From: Podarcis erhardii
Taxonomy: Eukaryota
Direction: 5' to 3' (one strand)
Assembly (NCBI GenBank): GCA_964252035.1
Contig: OZ176205.1
DNA: 64,000 nt
The notes beneath the pieces were generated by a model. The model was not told the DNA's origin and made no database searches. It saw nothing but the letters and a program-made list of their open reading frames with translations. Below, piece after piece: positions 1 through 12,075 of this stretch. The translations under genes and the position numbers were made by a program. Each line of letters starts with the position of its first letter. Position 1 is the stretch's first letter.

Positions 1-2531
1 AGTGATGAGGTGAGAGGAGACACAGTGAGTGCTCCCAGACTACCTTCATTGTATCTTCACTGTTGATTTGTTTGCAGGGAGATTAGACAAGTTTATTTAA
101 TGAGCATTCATTCTGGTTTCATTGCAGAAGGGTTAGATGACATTGTATCAAAGCAAGTGTCAACCTACACTTCCCAGTGCGTTTCCCAACACTTTCTTAC
201 AGAAAAAATTCTGATCTTTAGGGGAAGCGGGTTTGTTGTGCAAGACTCCCCCCAATCAACTGTAATTGTCCAACCTGAATCTGCCCTTTTGCCTCCAAAA
301 GTGACAGTCTGGAAGCCCCCACTGGAGCTAGTAGAGAAGACTAGATCCAATGCATATGTAGGAATTGAAGAATGAAATGAAATGAATGAGAAGAATGAGA
401 TGAAAAAGAATCAGCATGCACGGGGTGTATGGGCTTTCTTTTCGACCATGTTTCTAGGCACAGGTCTCAAACTGCTGCTTCTTCTGAGTCGACGTTAAAC
501 AGCAGGATTTTGTGGGGAAAGTACTGGGGCAAAAGAACAAGCGCTTGGTCACAGCGCTTTGAAATGCAGACTTGTACCTAAAATGCATGGGACAAGATGT
601 AAGTGTGGGTGGTCCCTTGGTTTTCTCAGTTCAAAGTTTCCAGGTTGTGGGAGGCCTAGAAGATCTCACACATATAAAGGAGGAGGCCTCATGACTCCAT
701 GAAGTTTGAGAAACATTGCTTTGAATGGTGGTCATTCACCATCACTTTACAAAACAAAACACTATTAACAAAAGCCACAGGCACTTTGTGCTTGCTGACA
801 TAGGTTGCTGTTTTGAAACTGCTTACTCTGGGGTAGCCTTGCTGAAACCAAGAGGGTTTTCTAAGTTGGAACTGGTTTGCAAATCACAGCCTAAGTTCCC
901 ATTGTGAGGTCAATTTCTGCTTCCAATTACGCCAAGAAGCAATAAAACTGTAAAGAGAGAGCAGAATTAAGTTTGCAAACCCTTTCCTGCCAGTGCTGGC
1001 CCCTGAGACAGAAAGAATCCAATGTTACTACTCCTGAATCCTTCCGTGGCTGTTCAGGAAAAACCATTGAGAAGAAAATACATTTCTACTTGCAATCTCT
1101 GCACATTATTTTCTTGAAATCACCAGGAGTAAGCATAATAAATCTCAGTTGCTCCATGATGCCATTTTTATGGACCCATCCTGTAGCTTGATTACAGTTT
1201 AATATGAAAAGGGAAATGTAAGAGCTTTTAAAGGAAGCCTAAGCAAGGATTTCTAAATGTTCTGGAAATCTGTATCTAAAGATAATTGATAAGCAAAATT
1301 TAAACTAAATTTTAAACTGCCCTTCTTCAGTTGCCCTCACCTTCAGCTGATAGAAACTGATTGGAAAGTGTGGTATACCATTGCAGTGCAATATATTGGA
1401 TTCTGTCTGCAGAGAACCACACTAAGTTCCCCACTCAGCCATGAAGCTGAATGACCTTGGTCTAGTCACTCCCTCTTATCCTAACCCACCACAGCTACAG
1501 ACCAACTCAATCACACCAAATCCAGACATGCAAGGTGCACTTTCAAGGTCTGTAAGGACAGTAGCCTGAGCTGGAGAAACTGGAGATACAGCCAGGTCGA
1601 TGCGCTGCTCCATTGGCTACACCAAGGTAGAAATCTAGGCTCCTAAATATGTATACCAAGGCAGGCCAAGTCAACACAGAGACTTTGTAATGCCTGCCAG
1701 TCACAGGAACTGATGCTGCACACCTCTTTTCTTCTGCACCGGAATAAAACTTTGAGACCTGAGCATCTACAGACCTCAGAAGTTCTCTGGGGTAGGTCCC
1801 AGAAAAGAACTCGTGTCCCTGACAGCCGCCACCTTCCCCCTGCAGCCTGTGCACTTTTATTTTTGCTCTCTGAGCTCAAGTACCCTCTCAGTATATTAGC
1901 CAGTTTCTTGCCTTGCTTCACTCTCTCACCACTCTACACGACGAGGCATGTTTTCTCCTCTATATCTGGCTCTTCATGCTTGCTGACTCTGTTTGTACAG
2001 TAAGGCACACTGTGTTTGTTCTTTATAGGCCTATTACACTTCCCAATCGTTGTTTGCTTGCTACTTCACTTTTGACTCCTCTTTTCTCCTGTTTTACCTG
2101 TTCTTTGCCTTCACTAGCTCTCACATTGTTTGTTTTGATTGCCTAAAGTGGTATTGACCCCTGCCTGTCTTTATAATCACAGATTTGCCTTGTGCCTTAA
2201 TGAGTAGATTCAGCTCTATTGGCCAGCTTAGACATTGTACTTGCTGCTGAATTTTCCCTAGAGCTCCACTCTTGTAAAGGCTTATTCCTCCTAAGAGGCT
2301 CTGAATCTGTAAGGTGGTGCTGTGTCCCCTGATGTACAACACAGCATGACATATACATGGTCTGGCCTAATGTTGACTGACATTTCTTTTCTGTAAATAC
2401 GTTTTAATGTAATGTTGATGTATTTTTTGTATATCACCTTGTGAAGGTTGCAAGCAAGACGTCATAGAAATAGTTCGAATAAATAAACAATTCTCTCTTT
2501 CATAGAGAAGCTGCAACTGAAGCCCATTCTA

Positions 2532-3059
<528 letters not shown>

Positions 3060-3470
3060 CTAATGCCTTTCTCCTGCTTACCCAAGAAGCATTCATTTGA
3101 CCATCTTTGCTTGTTGAAGTCAATTAAGACATATTGAACCAATCTTGTGAACAGTTTGATGTGTGTCCAGATAGTGACTCAACACACTACAATGTAGTAT
3201 TATTGCCCATTTTGCTAATGTTAGTTGGTTATTTTACATGCTTTACATGAACTGTAATCCACTCAAGAATTTTTGGGACTAGGCAGATTCAAATAAAATC
3301 TAAATAACTGTCACAGGCAAAGAAGAAATCCTCTGTCCTTCCTAACCTTCTACAATCAGTGTGTAATGCATTGTTATCAGACACTGTAATGGACCACAGG
3401 GCAAGATCTACAGCTAGTAGATAGATAACATGAGCCAGCATCATATACATTCCTTTACTACATAAAGTTT

Positions 3471-3812
3471 AAAGGTCAAGGTACCCCTGACCGTTAGGTC
3501 CAGTCATGGACAACTCTGGGGTTGTGGCGCTCATCTCGCTCTATAGGCCAAGGGAGCTGGCGTTTGTCCGCAGACAGCTTCCAGGTCATGTGGCCAGCAT
3601 GACTAAGGAGCTTCTGGCACACAGCGCACAGAAACTCTGTTTACCTTCCTGCCGGAGTGGTACCTATTTATCTACTTGCACTTTGATGTGCTTTTGAACT
3701 GCGAGGTGGGCAGGAGCTGGGACCGAACAACGGGAGCTCACCCCGTCGCGGGGATTCGAACCGCCGACCTTCTTATCGGCAAGCCCAAGCAGCTCTGTGG
3801 TTTAGACCACAG
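3471..3812 (-). mobile_element. Sauria SINE (tRNA-derived head, Bov-B-related tail)
   Basis: B-box GGTTCGAATCC at 3762-3752, degenerate (ACCTTT)n tail at the left end, and a body typical of lizard Sauria SINEs. Confidence 0.9.
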
Positions 3813-4912
3813 TTATACACAGTAGAAAGCATCTCATTCCTGCATAAATCTAAGAGAATGAATAATTGCATATTATCTTTCACTGGAATATCCAGCATAT
3901 CTAGCAAGGTTCTGTTGCCCAGCTCATTTTGGAGGGAATCTGGGTGTGTGGTGAAGATCATAGCTGCAGAGAGCTATGGAGTTGAATGGAAGAAGACAAA
4001 AACTTTGGTTAAGATTGGAGGAAGCATACCTAAATTGGCAATAGCATTGTTTTAAAATCTGAAATTAAGTGGTAAGGAGGAGGAAGGCCTACTTCAAAAC
4101 TAAGTATCTTCTTCTCAAATGCAGCTGCAGGTCCATAGAATTTAGAAATAGAATCCAGTGGAAAGCATTAGTCACTCTGTCTTTCTTCACACAGTTTCAG
4201 CTTCTCACTAAGAACTTTAACCCTGCTCAACTGGGCCTGCTAGTTACCCTAAACCTGTTTATATGCCTACAGTGATAATTGAAAAGAAAGAATGAAAAAT
4301 ACTGTTCTAGCATACCATTATAAACATGGTTCTAAGCACACAAAAACATCTCCATATCTACAGCTCTATTGAAATCAACAAATCTTTGCTCTCTGTTGTT
4401 CTTCTCAAAGCACATACACTGCTGCAGCAGACCCATTCTTCTCAGTAGGGGTGTTGGGTGACTAGTAGCTTCCACCCTGTCAACCTGATCCAGAAAATAC
4501 TTGTGGATGCAAGAGTTCAGAGATGTATACAGTTCTATGTTAATTCCAGTGGAGGAAGCTTGACCCCACACTTCCTTTGCCCACTTGGACCCGCTGCCTC
4601 CATTACATGAGTTGTGGGCATCATACGCATAAGAGATCCATGTATGCATCTGATTAAGGCATGGATACAAGGACAAATTTGGAAGCCCTAGGTTAAAAAA
4701 ATATGCAGTGTATACAGGGAGCAGATTACTGAAAGATTTGTATAAGAAGCACCATCAGTACACAGCACATTGCAAGTGCACCATGACAACTTATGTTCTA
4801 GAGTTAGTACCCTACATGATCATGGGAAGCAAAGCAAAGGCAGTCCATTCAAAAAAGAAGCACGATTTTGCAAATGGGCCCAGAACACAGCCCCCAAAAT
4901 GCCTTACCTTAC

Positions 4913-4988
4913 CTTTCTTGGCGTTTATCCCATTCACTGCGCACAAGAAAGTTATTGTCACAAGGTGTTGGAGAAGCATCTGCTGCAT
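4913..4988 (-). CDS. CDCP2: CDCP2 coding exon 1 (signal peptide)
   Basis: Not in the ORF track. ATG at 4988 gives MQQMLLQHLVTITFLCAVNGINAKK-G|GTAAGG, 76 nt, phase 1, which joins the CUB exon in frame. An acceptor ttttttccctctcag at 5063/5062 implies an upstream non-coding exon. Confidence 0.85.
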
Positions 4989-5799
4989 CCTTTGACACAG
5001 CTATGAAGAGACAAATGGACCCAGTGCCAGAAAACAGCAGAAGTATATTCAATGCAGCCTATCTGAGAGGGAAAAAATAGCTGGAGGCCTGTCGAATTAA
5101 TAATGGAATGAATAATTCATTGCTTGTTTGAATTAGTAACCTGATCTGTTCTTTGCTTCCTTCACTCGGTTTTAACGATCTGGATCAAATGTCCCTAGGA
5201 TTTACACTGTACCAGGTACCTTGTCAATACGCTATATTTGGAAGCGATGTTAATGGTTGGGATATGGTGCATAACTGCAGTAAGTCAGTGCTGACAATAT
5301 GCCCTGAAGGGCTCGTGAAAATAATTTAGTTCACCACGCAAGATAGGGAACCAAATTAGGAATTTCAGATTTTACATGGAAATGTATCTGGGGAATTAGC
5401 TTGATTTTAAAATATGGGGCCTGCTGCACAAAGCCAGTAGTTGATAAAAGAAAGAGAAACATGGGACAGATTTTTAGATTTTGATGAGTGGAACCATACT
5501 AAAGGATCGAGGTGCTTTTTAGTTCCCTAATTACTGTTTGGATGGTGAACTGCATATCACAACCCTTTAAAGGGTCTCTCCAGACTGGTGGGCATGTTTT
5601 CGCAGATATATTCTGCAGCATCTCATTGACACAATAATTGTGCATTAGTAGTGGGATCATCCACACATCATTCCATTTTGTTCATTGTTCTGTGATGCTT
5701 CCACAGTGTTATTGCATTATTGTCATGTTCGCAGGGGCAGGGGGAGAAGGACACTCTGGTACTATAGCGCAACAAAAGCTAGTCAGTCTAGCTTCTCTG

Positions 5800-7660
5800 T
5801 AGGGAGGGAGTTTCAGAGTCTGGGAGCAGCCACTGAGAAGGCCCTCTCTGTTTGTTTTTTTCTGCTTTCATTCTCTCTTTTTTTTAAAATAATATTTATT
5901 AAAATTTTTCAAATATAACAGAAAAGAAAAACATCCAAATTTAAGGCCTTATTTTCAATGTCATCTTTCCAGGACTTCCCCTCCCCTCCCCCTCTTGTAT
6001 TCCAGTTCTTTCAAATAGATTCAGCAAATTCTTACCCCAAGTTTTAAAGTTATTATCATTAACCCAATTAAAAAAAATATTTTCCCATCCCCTAAAATCG
6101 ACCTGTTCCCTTCCACGAGTTCCCCTCTTTAGTATACAATACAGATTAACATAAAAAAATAGAAAAAAGAATAAAATGTAATTTAACACCCTTTGGATTC
6201 CAAATTTCCCTCCCCCCTTTCCTGGTTGCGTTCCCAATGTCCGTCAATGTCTACTGTCGTCCTGGAGCTCCCACATCTAAGCCATAGTCCTTCACCAGTC
6301 CGCTTTGCCGTCTTTTTAATAGTCTTTGCCGTCTTTTGGTCATCTTTGATTTCGAATGTCCAATCTTGGAAGGGGTCTATCTTCCAACTTTGTCCAGTTC
6401 TTGTTATTCTTGTTGTTCTTGTTGTTCTCTCTTCTCCTCTCCCCCCTCCCCCCGCTCTCCTGCACAAATGTTCTAATTCCAAAAAGCTTGTAATTCCTCT
6501 ACAGAGGCTTTGTTATTCAGGAACCAAACATTACATCAAGTCCCTTCCATTCTTCAATAGATAAATCTATTGTCTCCTTTAGTGTGTAGACCTCTGTAGA
6601 CAAAATAGTGTTCCATTTCTGCAGTTTCCCAGGAGATAAAAAGTCCGATTCAAATTCCATACCAGCATTACTTGTAATGACCCACAGCTCCTCTAGAGGG
6701 ATTATAATAACTCAGTTTCCTTCCCGATCACACCCACCAGTCAAAGTAACTTATTATTCCTTGTTTTAAACAGTTTATATCCAATTTATAACAAATGTAA
6801 CCAGCAAAGTCCTCGTAACAAAGTTCTCTTTTTGTTCTTCAGTTTTGGCAGCTCCTTTGACAGCTGTCAAAACCTCTATTTCTCCTCTCCCGCGCTCTCA
6901 CGGATCGCTCCCGGGGGTTTTTTTGGGGGGGGTGTATTTTAATTCACATTCCACTTTTCTCCTCCAGCCCAGCTTATAATTTTCCATCGCGAAATTAATA
7001 ACTTTATCAAAAAAAAAAGGTTGCACTCGATCTTAGTTGTCAGGTCCTTTGCTTTAGCTCCTCTACAACAGGGGGCAGGCTGACTTCCTTTTTGCACCTC
7101 CCCCGCTCGCTCCGAATTTAAGAAAAAAATTGTTCCCCTTTTTAATCCAAGTTCCAATTACTCACGGGTTATTCTTTTGAGTCCAGATTTTCAATGGAAG
7201 AAGTCAGTGCTCTCCGCCAAATGGCATGCGGCTTCACTCGGCAGGGGAAGCGGAGGACTCACAGCACCCCCCCCCCGTCACCCGCTCCGTAGCCTTTAAA
7301 AAGGCTCCTTCGCGTGGTCGGGGGGGGCGCAAACGGTGCCCGCCGAGTCACCATGCCCATGGGTTTCAGCGCCCATGGTTTTTGAGGGTCCCCGCGTCGC
7401 CGGCGCTGTAGAACCCAGCCCCTGCCGAGCAGGCTCCCTCCGGAGCTCGGAGGGAGTCCGCCATTCGGCGATGGCGCCAACCCGGAAGTCTGAGAAGGCC
7501 CTCTCTGGTGTCCCCACCAAGTGTGCCTGTGAGGATGGTGGGACTGAGAGAAGAGCTTCCCTTGAAGATCTCAAAACCCAAGCAAAGTCGCATTGGAGAA
7601 TATGGTCTTTCAGATGACTTGGACCTAAGCTGTCTCAGGTGTCAAAGGTCAGGGTAAAGA
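5800..7660 (-). mobile_element. Old L2-like LINE fragment split by the 5851-7489 insertion
   Basis: The flanks join into GGGAGTTTCAGAGTCTGGGAGCAGCCACTGAGAAGGCCCTCTCTGGTGTCCCCACC..., which resembles lizard L2-type 3' sequence. Family assignment is from memory. Confidence 0.45.
5851..7489 (-). mobile_element. Full-length non-autonomous L1-like retroposon (1.64 kb)
   Basis: Perfect 18-bp TSD CTGAGAAGGCCCTCTCTG at 5833-5850 and 7490-7507. 5' end ACTTCCGGGTTGGCGCCATC with a CpG-rich leader; AATAAA at 5900-5895 and an A-rich tail. No RT or endonuclease ORF. Confidence 0.8.
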
Positions 7661-8041
7661 GGTGTGTCTTCAGCATTATCCAAAAACTGCATTGTGTAGA
7701 TGCCAGATGCACCTCATGAGGAAGAAATTCTACAACTTAGGGATTGCCACAGAGAATGCCCTCTCCCACATTGCCACCAGCCCATACATCTAATAAGGCA
7801 GAAGGGGCTACCAAGATGGCCCCCTCTGAGATCTTAACAACCAGGTGGGCCTACAGGAAGTTTGGGGCCAAAGTTGTTTAGGGCTTTAAACACTAAATGT
7901 GAATAATGTCATCAATGTCCTTACCCCATTACTATTGGTTCCCCACTGGCACTACCTAAAACTCTCAGGAATTTATGCCTATAGTCTGAAATTTAAGCTT
8001 AGAAAGGGGAACATGGCAGTAAGATCACTGGGCAAATTTTA

Positions 8042-8262
8042 CAGTAGTACCTTTGGTTACGTACTTAATTCGTTCCGGAGGTCCGTTCTTAACCTGAAAC
8101 TGTTCTTAACCTGAAGCAGCACTTTAGCTAATGGGGCCTCCTGCTGCCGCTGCACCGCCGCAGCACGATTTCTGTTCTCATCCTGAAGCAAAGTTCTTAA
8201 CCCGAGGTACTATTTCTGGGTTAGTCTGTAACCTGAAGCGTATGTAACCCGAGGTACCACTG
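8042..8262. mobile_element. Tc1/mariner (Tigger/pogo-type) MITE
   Basis: TIRs CAGTAGTACCTTTGGTTAC and GTAACCCGAGGTACCACTG; TA on both sides (8040-41, 8263-64). A second copy is at 50152-50650. Confidence 0.9.
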
Positions 8263-10834
8263 TATACTGGTGAGAAGGAATGTAACCTTTGACTAGCAGG
8301 CTTACATTCTGAACAAAGCAGGTGGAATTAAAACTATTTCCATCCGTCTTTCTCTCTGCCTCCTCTATTGTGAAAAATAAAATTTAATACAAGTCTTATT
8401 TACTTCTGGATTTATGGAGAGCGGGATAAATCAACATTGAAGTCAAAATAAATAGCTGGTAGAGTGACAGCAACCTGTTTGTACATGCTGGAAGGACTCA
8501 TGTGAAATACATGCAGCACTGATCAATATTTAACATCTACTTTTCCAAAGTGCTCACACCATCTTTAAGAGGCACTACCAAGGAAATGTTTCAGTTTGAC
8601 AGCCTTCTCTTCTTTAATTAACCGTAAGTTGGGAGCATTTTAAAAGAAACTATCTAGAAGGAGTGTAGACTCACTGTGTAGGCATAAGGATTTTTAGATA
8701 ATCAGACCCTAATTGAGCTAACTAAATTTAGTTTATGCTTAAGCCTCAATTACATGTTAGCGGTTAATTTAAACCCCATTGATTTCAATTGTACTTAAAC
8801 ACAACTAGCATTAGCTAAGATGGAGACCTCAGTCTTTTGCCGTGAGTGTTAACCTGTAACATTTATTGTTTTCCTCTATCCCAAATGTATTGTTGTGTTT
8901 ACTGTACTGTGATTAATACAGTGTTCATTCAAGATTTAGGGTAAGATTCAAGTTGATCTGCTCAACCGGGAAAAGACTTGCATTTGACTGATTGACGCGA
9001 TTTTAAATTTACATCTTTGGAATAATAATTATACTCGGGCTCTGCAGTGTACCTTTGGGCTAAATATTTAGAGGATATATGGGACCACACCTGAAAAACA
9101 ACAACGCAAGAGTATCAGTGCTTTGATGAATCCCTAATTTATGTTGGATTTAACTTGGTCCAGTGACTACCTATAGAAAAACACTGCGTACAAATGATGG
9201 CCTTTGGAGCTGTTGCCACGGGGTTTTCTGCACTGATGTGGTAGGAGAGCATATGCTATCTAGGAGGAAATAGGAAAGCAATTTTGAAAAATCATTTGAA
9301 TCTAAAACGAATATAAAAGTAATCTGCAGTCCTATATACACTTAATCCAAAAGTAAGCCCCAGTAAACACAGGGGGACCTATTTCTGAGTAACAATGAGT
9401 ACGATTGAACTACAATATTTTCAATAAGCTGTGGTGATTTGAGGAGAGTATCCACTGTAGGCCATTCTCCTCTACAACCAGCAGGACTCTAAATGTTGTC
9501 CAACAGGAGAGGAGAAAGGAATCTAGAGAGCAATGATGTTGTCCTATCTCTGTGTCGGGGGGGGGGGGGCGTTGCTAAAGGGCTAGCCAAAGGGTGAAGA
9601 TATGGATGTTTGTAGCCGACCCATCAAAACATAAGATGGCATAACAATAACCATAGGATGGGTATGTGATGCTGGCATACTCTTATGCATAATGGGTTGT
9701 ATCTAATGCTAGTCCTACTGAGAGCAGACCCATTGAAATGAATGAATATTGTCAACTTAGTTCCATTGATTTAAATGGGTTTACTCTTGAGTAGCACTTA
9801 ATTACAAACCATGAGACTAAGGTTATGTGCACACCAGGGTGTTAATGTGCATGTCAGCCACACAGATCTGATTGTTTGGTGTGTGCTTCCAATTTAAATA
9901 GGTATTTAAGTTTCCTGTGCACACACACACACACACACACTACTCCTTTCTCTTCTTCCCTGACTAAGGGTGAAATTCTCTGCTGCCTCCTCACAGAGAT
10001 GAATTCTGAGAGACAAAATGAAGCAAAAGCTTTCAAAGGAAATACTTCCAGAGAGGCTGGAGGTAAAAATGTCACCTTCAAAGCAGCAGAAAAAGAAAGG
10101 TCCATCTCTAAATCTAAGACCATAAGACACGTTGCATTTATTAATTAAGCTATAAGGATCGATACCTGAGACATTTCCTGTGGATTAATGACCAGCTGGG
10201 AGGAGCTGATGGCCTGAGGTGCAGCTGAGGGCCATTAACACCAATCAGTCATCAATTCCCAGGAAATACCTCGTGCCAAGGTCACTAAGTGACTAGATTT
10301 ATTTTATGGGCAATGATAACAATAATAATATTTAGTTCGTCTCCTCTCGCTCGCTTCCTGAACCAAACGATTCTCATTTTTATGCAAAAGAATGAATTCA
10401 GAGTCGTACATATTCTAGAAATTCTATGAAAAAGAAACACAGAGAGAGAGATGTTCTCTTACACACACTTGGTAAAAGTATATTGAGGGTTTTCTTTTGC
10501 TCCTTTGTGGTAAGAAATTGTTAATAACTGCAGGACCCCATAGCAATGCAAAAATTGCTCCTTTGCAAAACACCTCATGGGCATGCTAATTTACTCAAAG
10601 CTGGCAGGGTTGATTTTGAAGGACAAATGTTATGGCCTGCTGCCTCAGCAAGTAAATGGGGGTACAGTTACCACCATATGAGCTGGTGTATCATAGTAGC
10701 TGAGGCTACAGCCATGGGAGTAAGCCTAAATGAGCACAATAAGACTTACCTCCAACTATGGCTTTTTTCCCCAGGGGAACTCGTCAGAACTCAGTTCTGG
10801 CACCTCTCAGGTGGACACCATTGCCGTTCTAAGA

Positions 10835-11808
10835 TAGGGTTACCAAATGTCCCCGGATTTGCAAATCTGTCCCCGGACAAATTCCGTCCCCAGAATGTCC
10901 CCAGATTTGCAAATCTGTCCCCAGAAAACGTGGCAGTGGCAGCCTCAGCAGCCCAGAGCCAGCCTGGTAGCGCAGTTAGCTCTGGCTGGCTTCAGGAGCT
11001 GCTCGCTGCTGCCGCCACTGCTGAAGGGGAACCAGGGACGTCCGGCGGTGCAGATCTCCTGCCCCCTTCCCCCTTTGTTTTGACAGATCGGGGGAGGCTT
11101 GGGAGTCATGGGCGGGCGGGCACTGCCCAGGAGGGGCACAAGGCGTGTGGTTTTTCTGCCAGGCAAGGTGCAAAGCCCTTCTTTTGCACCCTGTGAAACA
11201 TACCGTATTTTTTGCTCTATAAGACTCACTTTTTCCCTCCTAAAAAATAAGGGGAAATGTGTGTGCGTCTTATGGAGTGAATGCAGGCTGCGCAGCTATC
11301 CCAGAAGCCAGAACAGCAAGAGGGATCGCTGCTTTCGCTGCGCAGCGATTCCTCCTGCTATTCCGGCTTCTGGGATTCGGAATATTTTTTTTCTTGTTTT
11401 CTTCCTCCAAAAACTAGGTGCGTCTTATGATCTGGTGCGTCTTATAGAGCGAAAAATACGGTAAATGTGCAGAGTTTTTTTTTCAAAAAACCTGGGCAAC
11501 AGCCACCTCCTTGTGACTCCCAAGCCTCCCCTGATCAGTCAAAACAGAGGAGGAAGGGGGCAGGAGATCGGGGGAGGCTCAGGAGTCATGGGCGCGCAGC
11601 GCGCCATTGCCCAGTTTTTTAAAAACTCTGCGCATTTATGTTTCACAGGGTGCGAAAGAAGGGCTTTGCCCCTTTATACAATATGCATGTGTGCTTGGGC
11701 CCAGGGTCTTTGGCCTCACCATCCCCACTTCTGACTCCCTGTTGCTACTCAGCCTCGGGGGGTGGGGGGGTTGTCTCTGGATTCATTGAAAAAAATCTGG
11801 TAACCATA
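10835..11808. mobile_element. Non-autonomous hAT-like element with internal inverted repeats
   Basis: TIRs TAGGGTTACCA and TGGTAACCATA; flanking direct repeat TCTAAGA at 10828-34 and 11809-15; subterminal TGTCCCC repeats. Confidence 0.75.
11203..11461. mobile_element. Tigger/pogo-type MITE nested in the hAT element
   Basis: TIRs CCGTATTTTTTGCTCTATAAGAC and GTCTTATAGAGCGAAAAATACGG; TA TSD at 11201-02 and 11462-63. Confidence 0.9.
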
Positions 11809-11829
11809 TCTAAGAGAAAGAGAGAGGAT

Positions 11830-12075
11830 TTCAGGGTGAGTTCCAGCACCTCTTTTTCTAGAAAAATAGCACTGCCTCCAAGTCAATATGCATAGGATAT
11901 TTCCTCCTCTGGTCATGGCTGTGGATGCATGACTTGACTCTTTCCAGGCACTGTGGTCGTCTGCAAGGGATTCTCACATGGCAGGCTTGATGTTGCCAGG
12001 CTTTATGTCGTGCTTGCAGACATCTCTGAAATATAGAGTTGGTCTGCCAACGGGCCTGGTGCCTGAGTGGAATAA
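11830..12075 (-). mobile_element. RTE-type LINE 3' fragment
   Basis: The minus strand translates to a degenerate GRPTLYFRDVCKHDIKPGNIKPAM*ESLADDHSAWK, like the RTE ORF C-terminus. Confidence 0.6.

Noticed and set aside
1543-1854. 103-aa ORF in a CDCP2 intron
   Set aside because: No CUB features or matching splice phases; possibly a decayed LINE fragment, but too degraded to call.
7226-7617. Cluster of overlapping 60-93 aa ORFs
   Set aside because: These are a by-product of the GC-rich retroposon leader and the flanking LINE fragment.
10848-10925. CRISPR-like direct repeats (31-nt unit, two copies)
   Set aside because: Only two copies, in eukaryotic DNA, with no cas genes. They are subterminal repeats of a DNA transposon.
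10546-11196. 216-aa ORF
   Set aside because: It runs across the boundary of the hAT-like element and its GC-rich repeats, with no recognisable domain or splice support.
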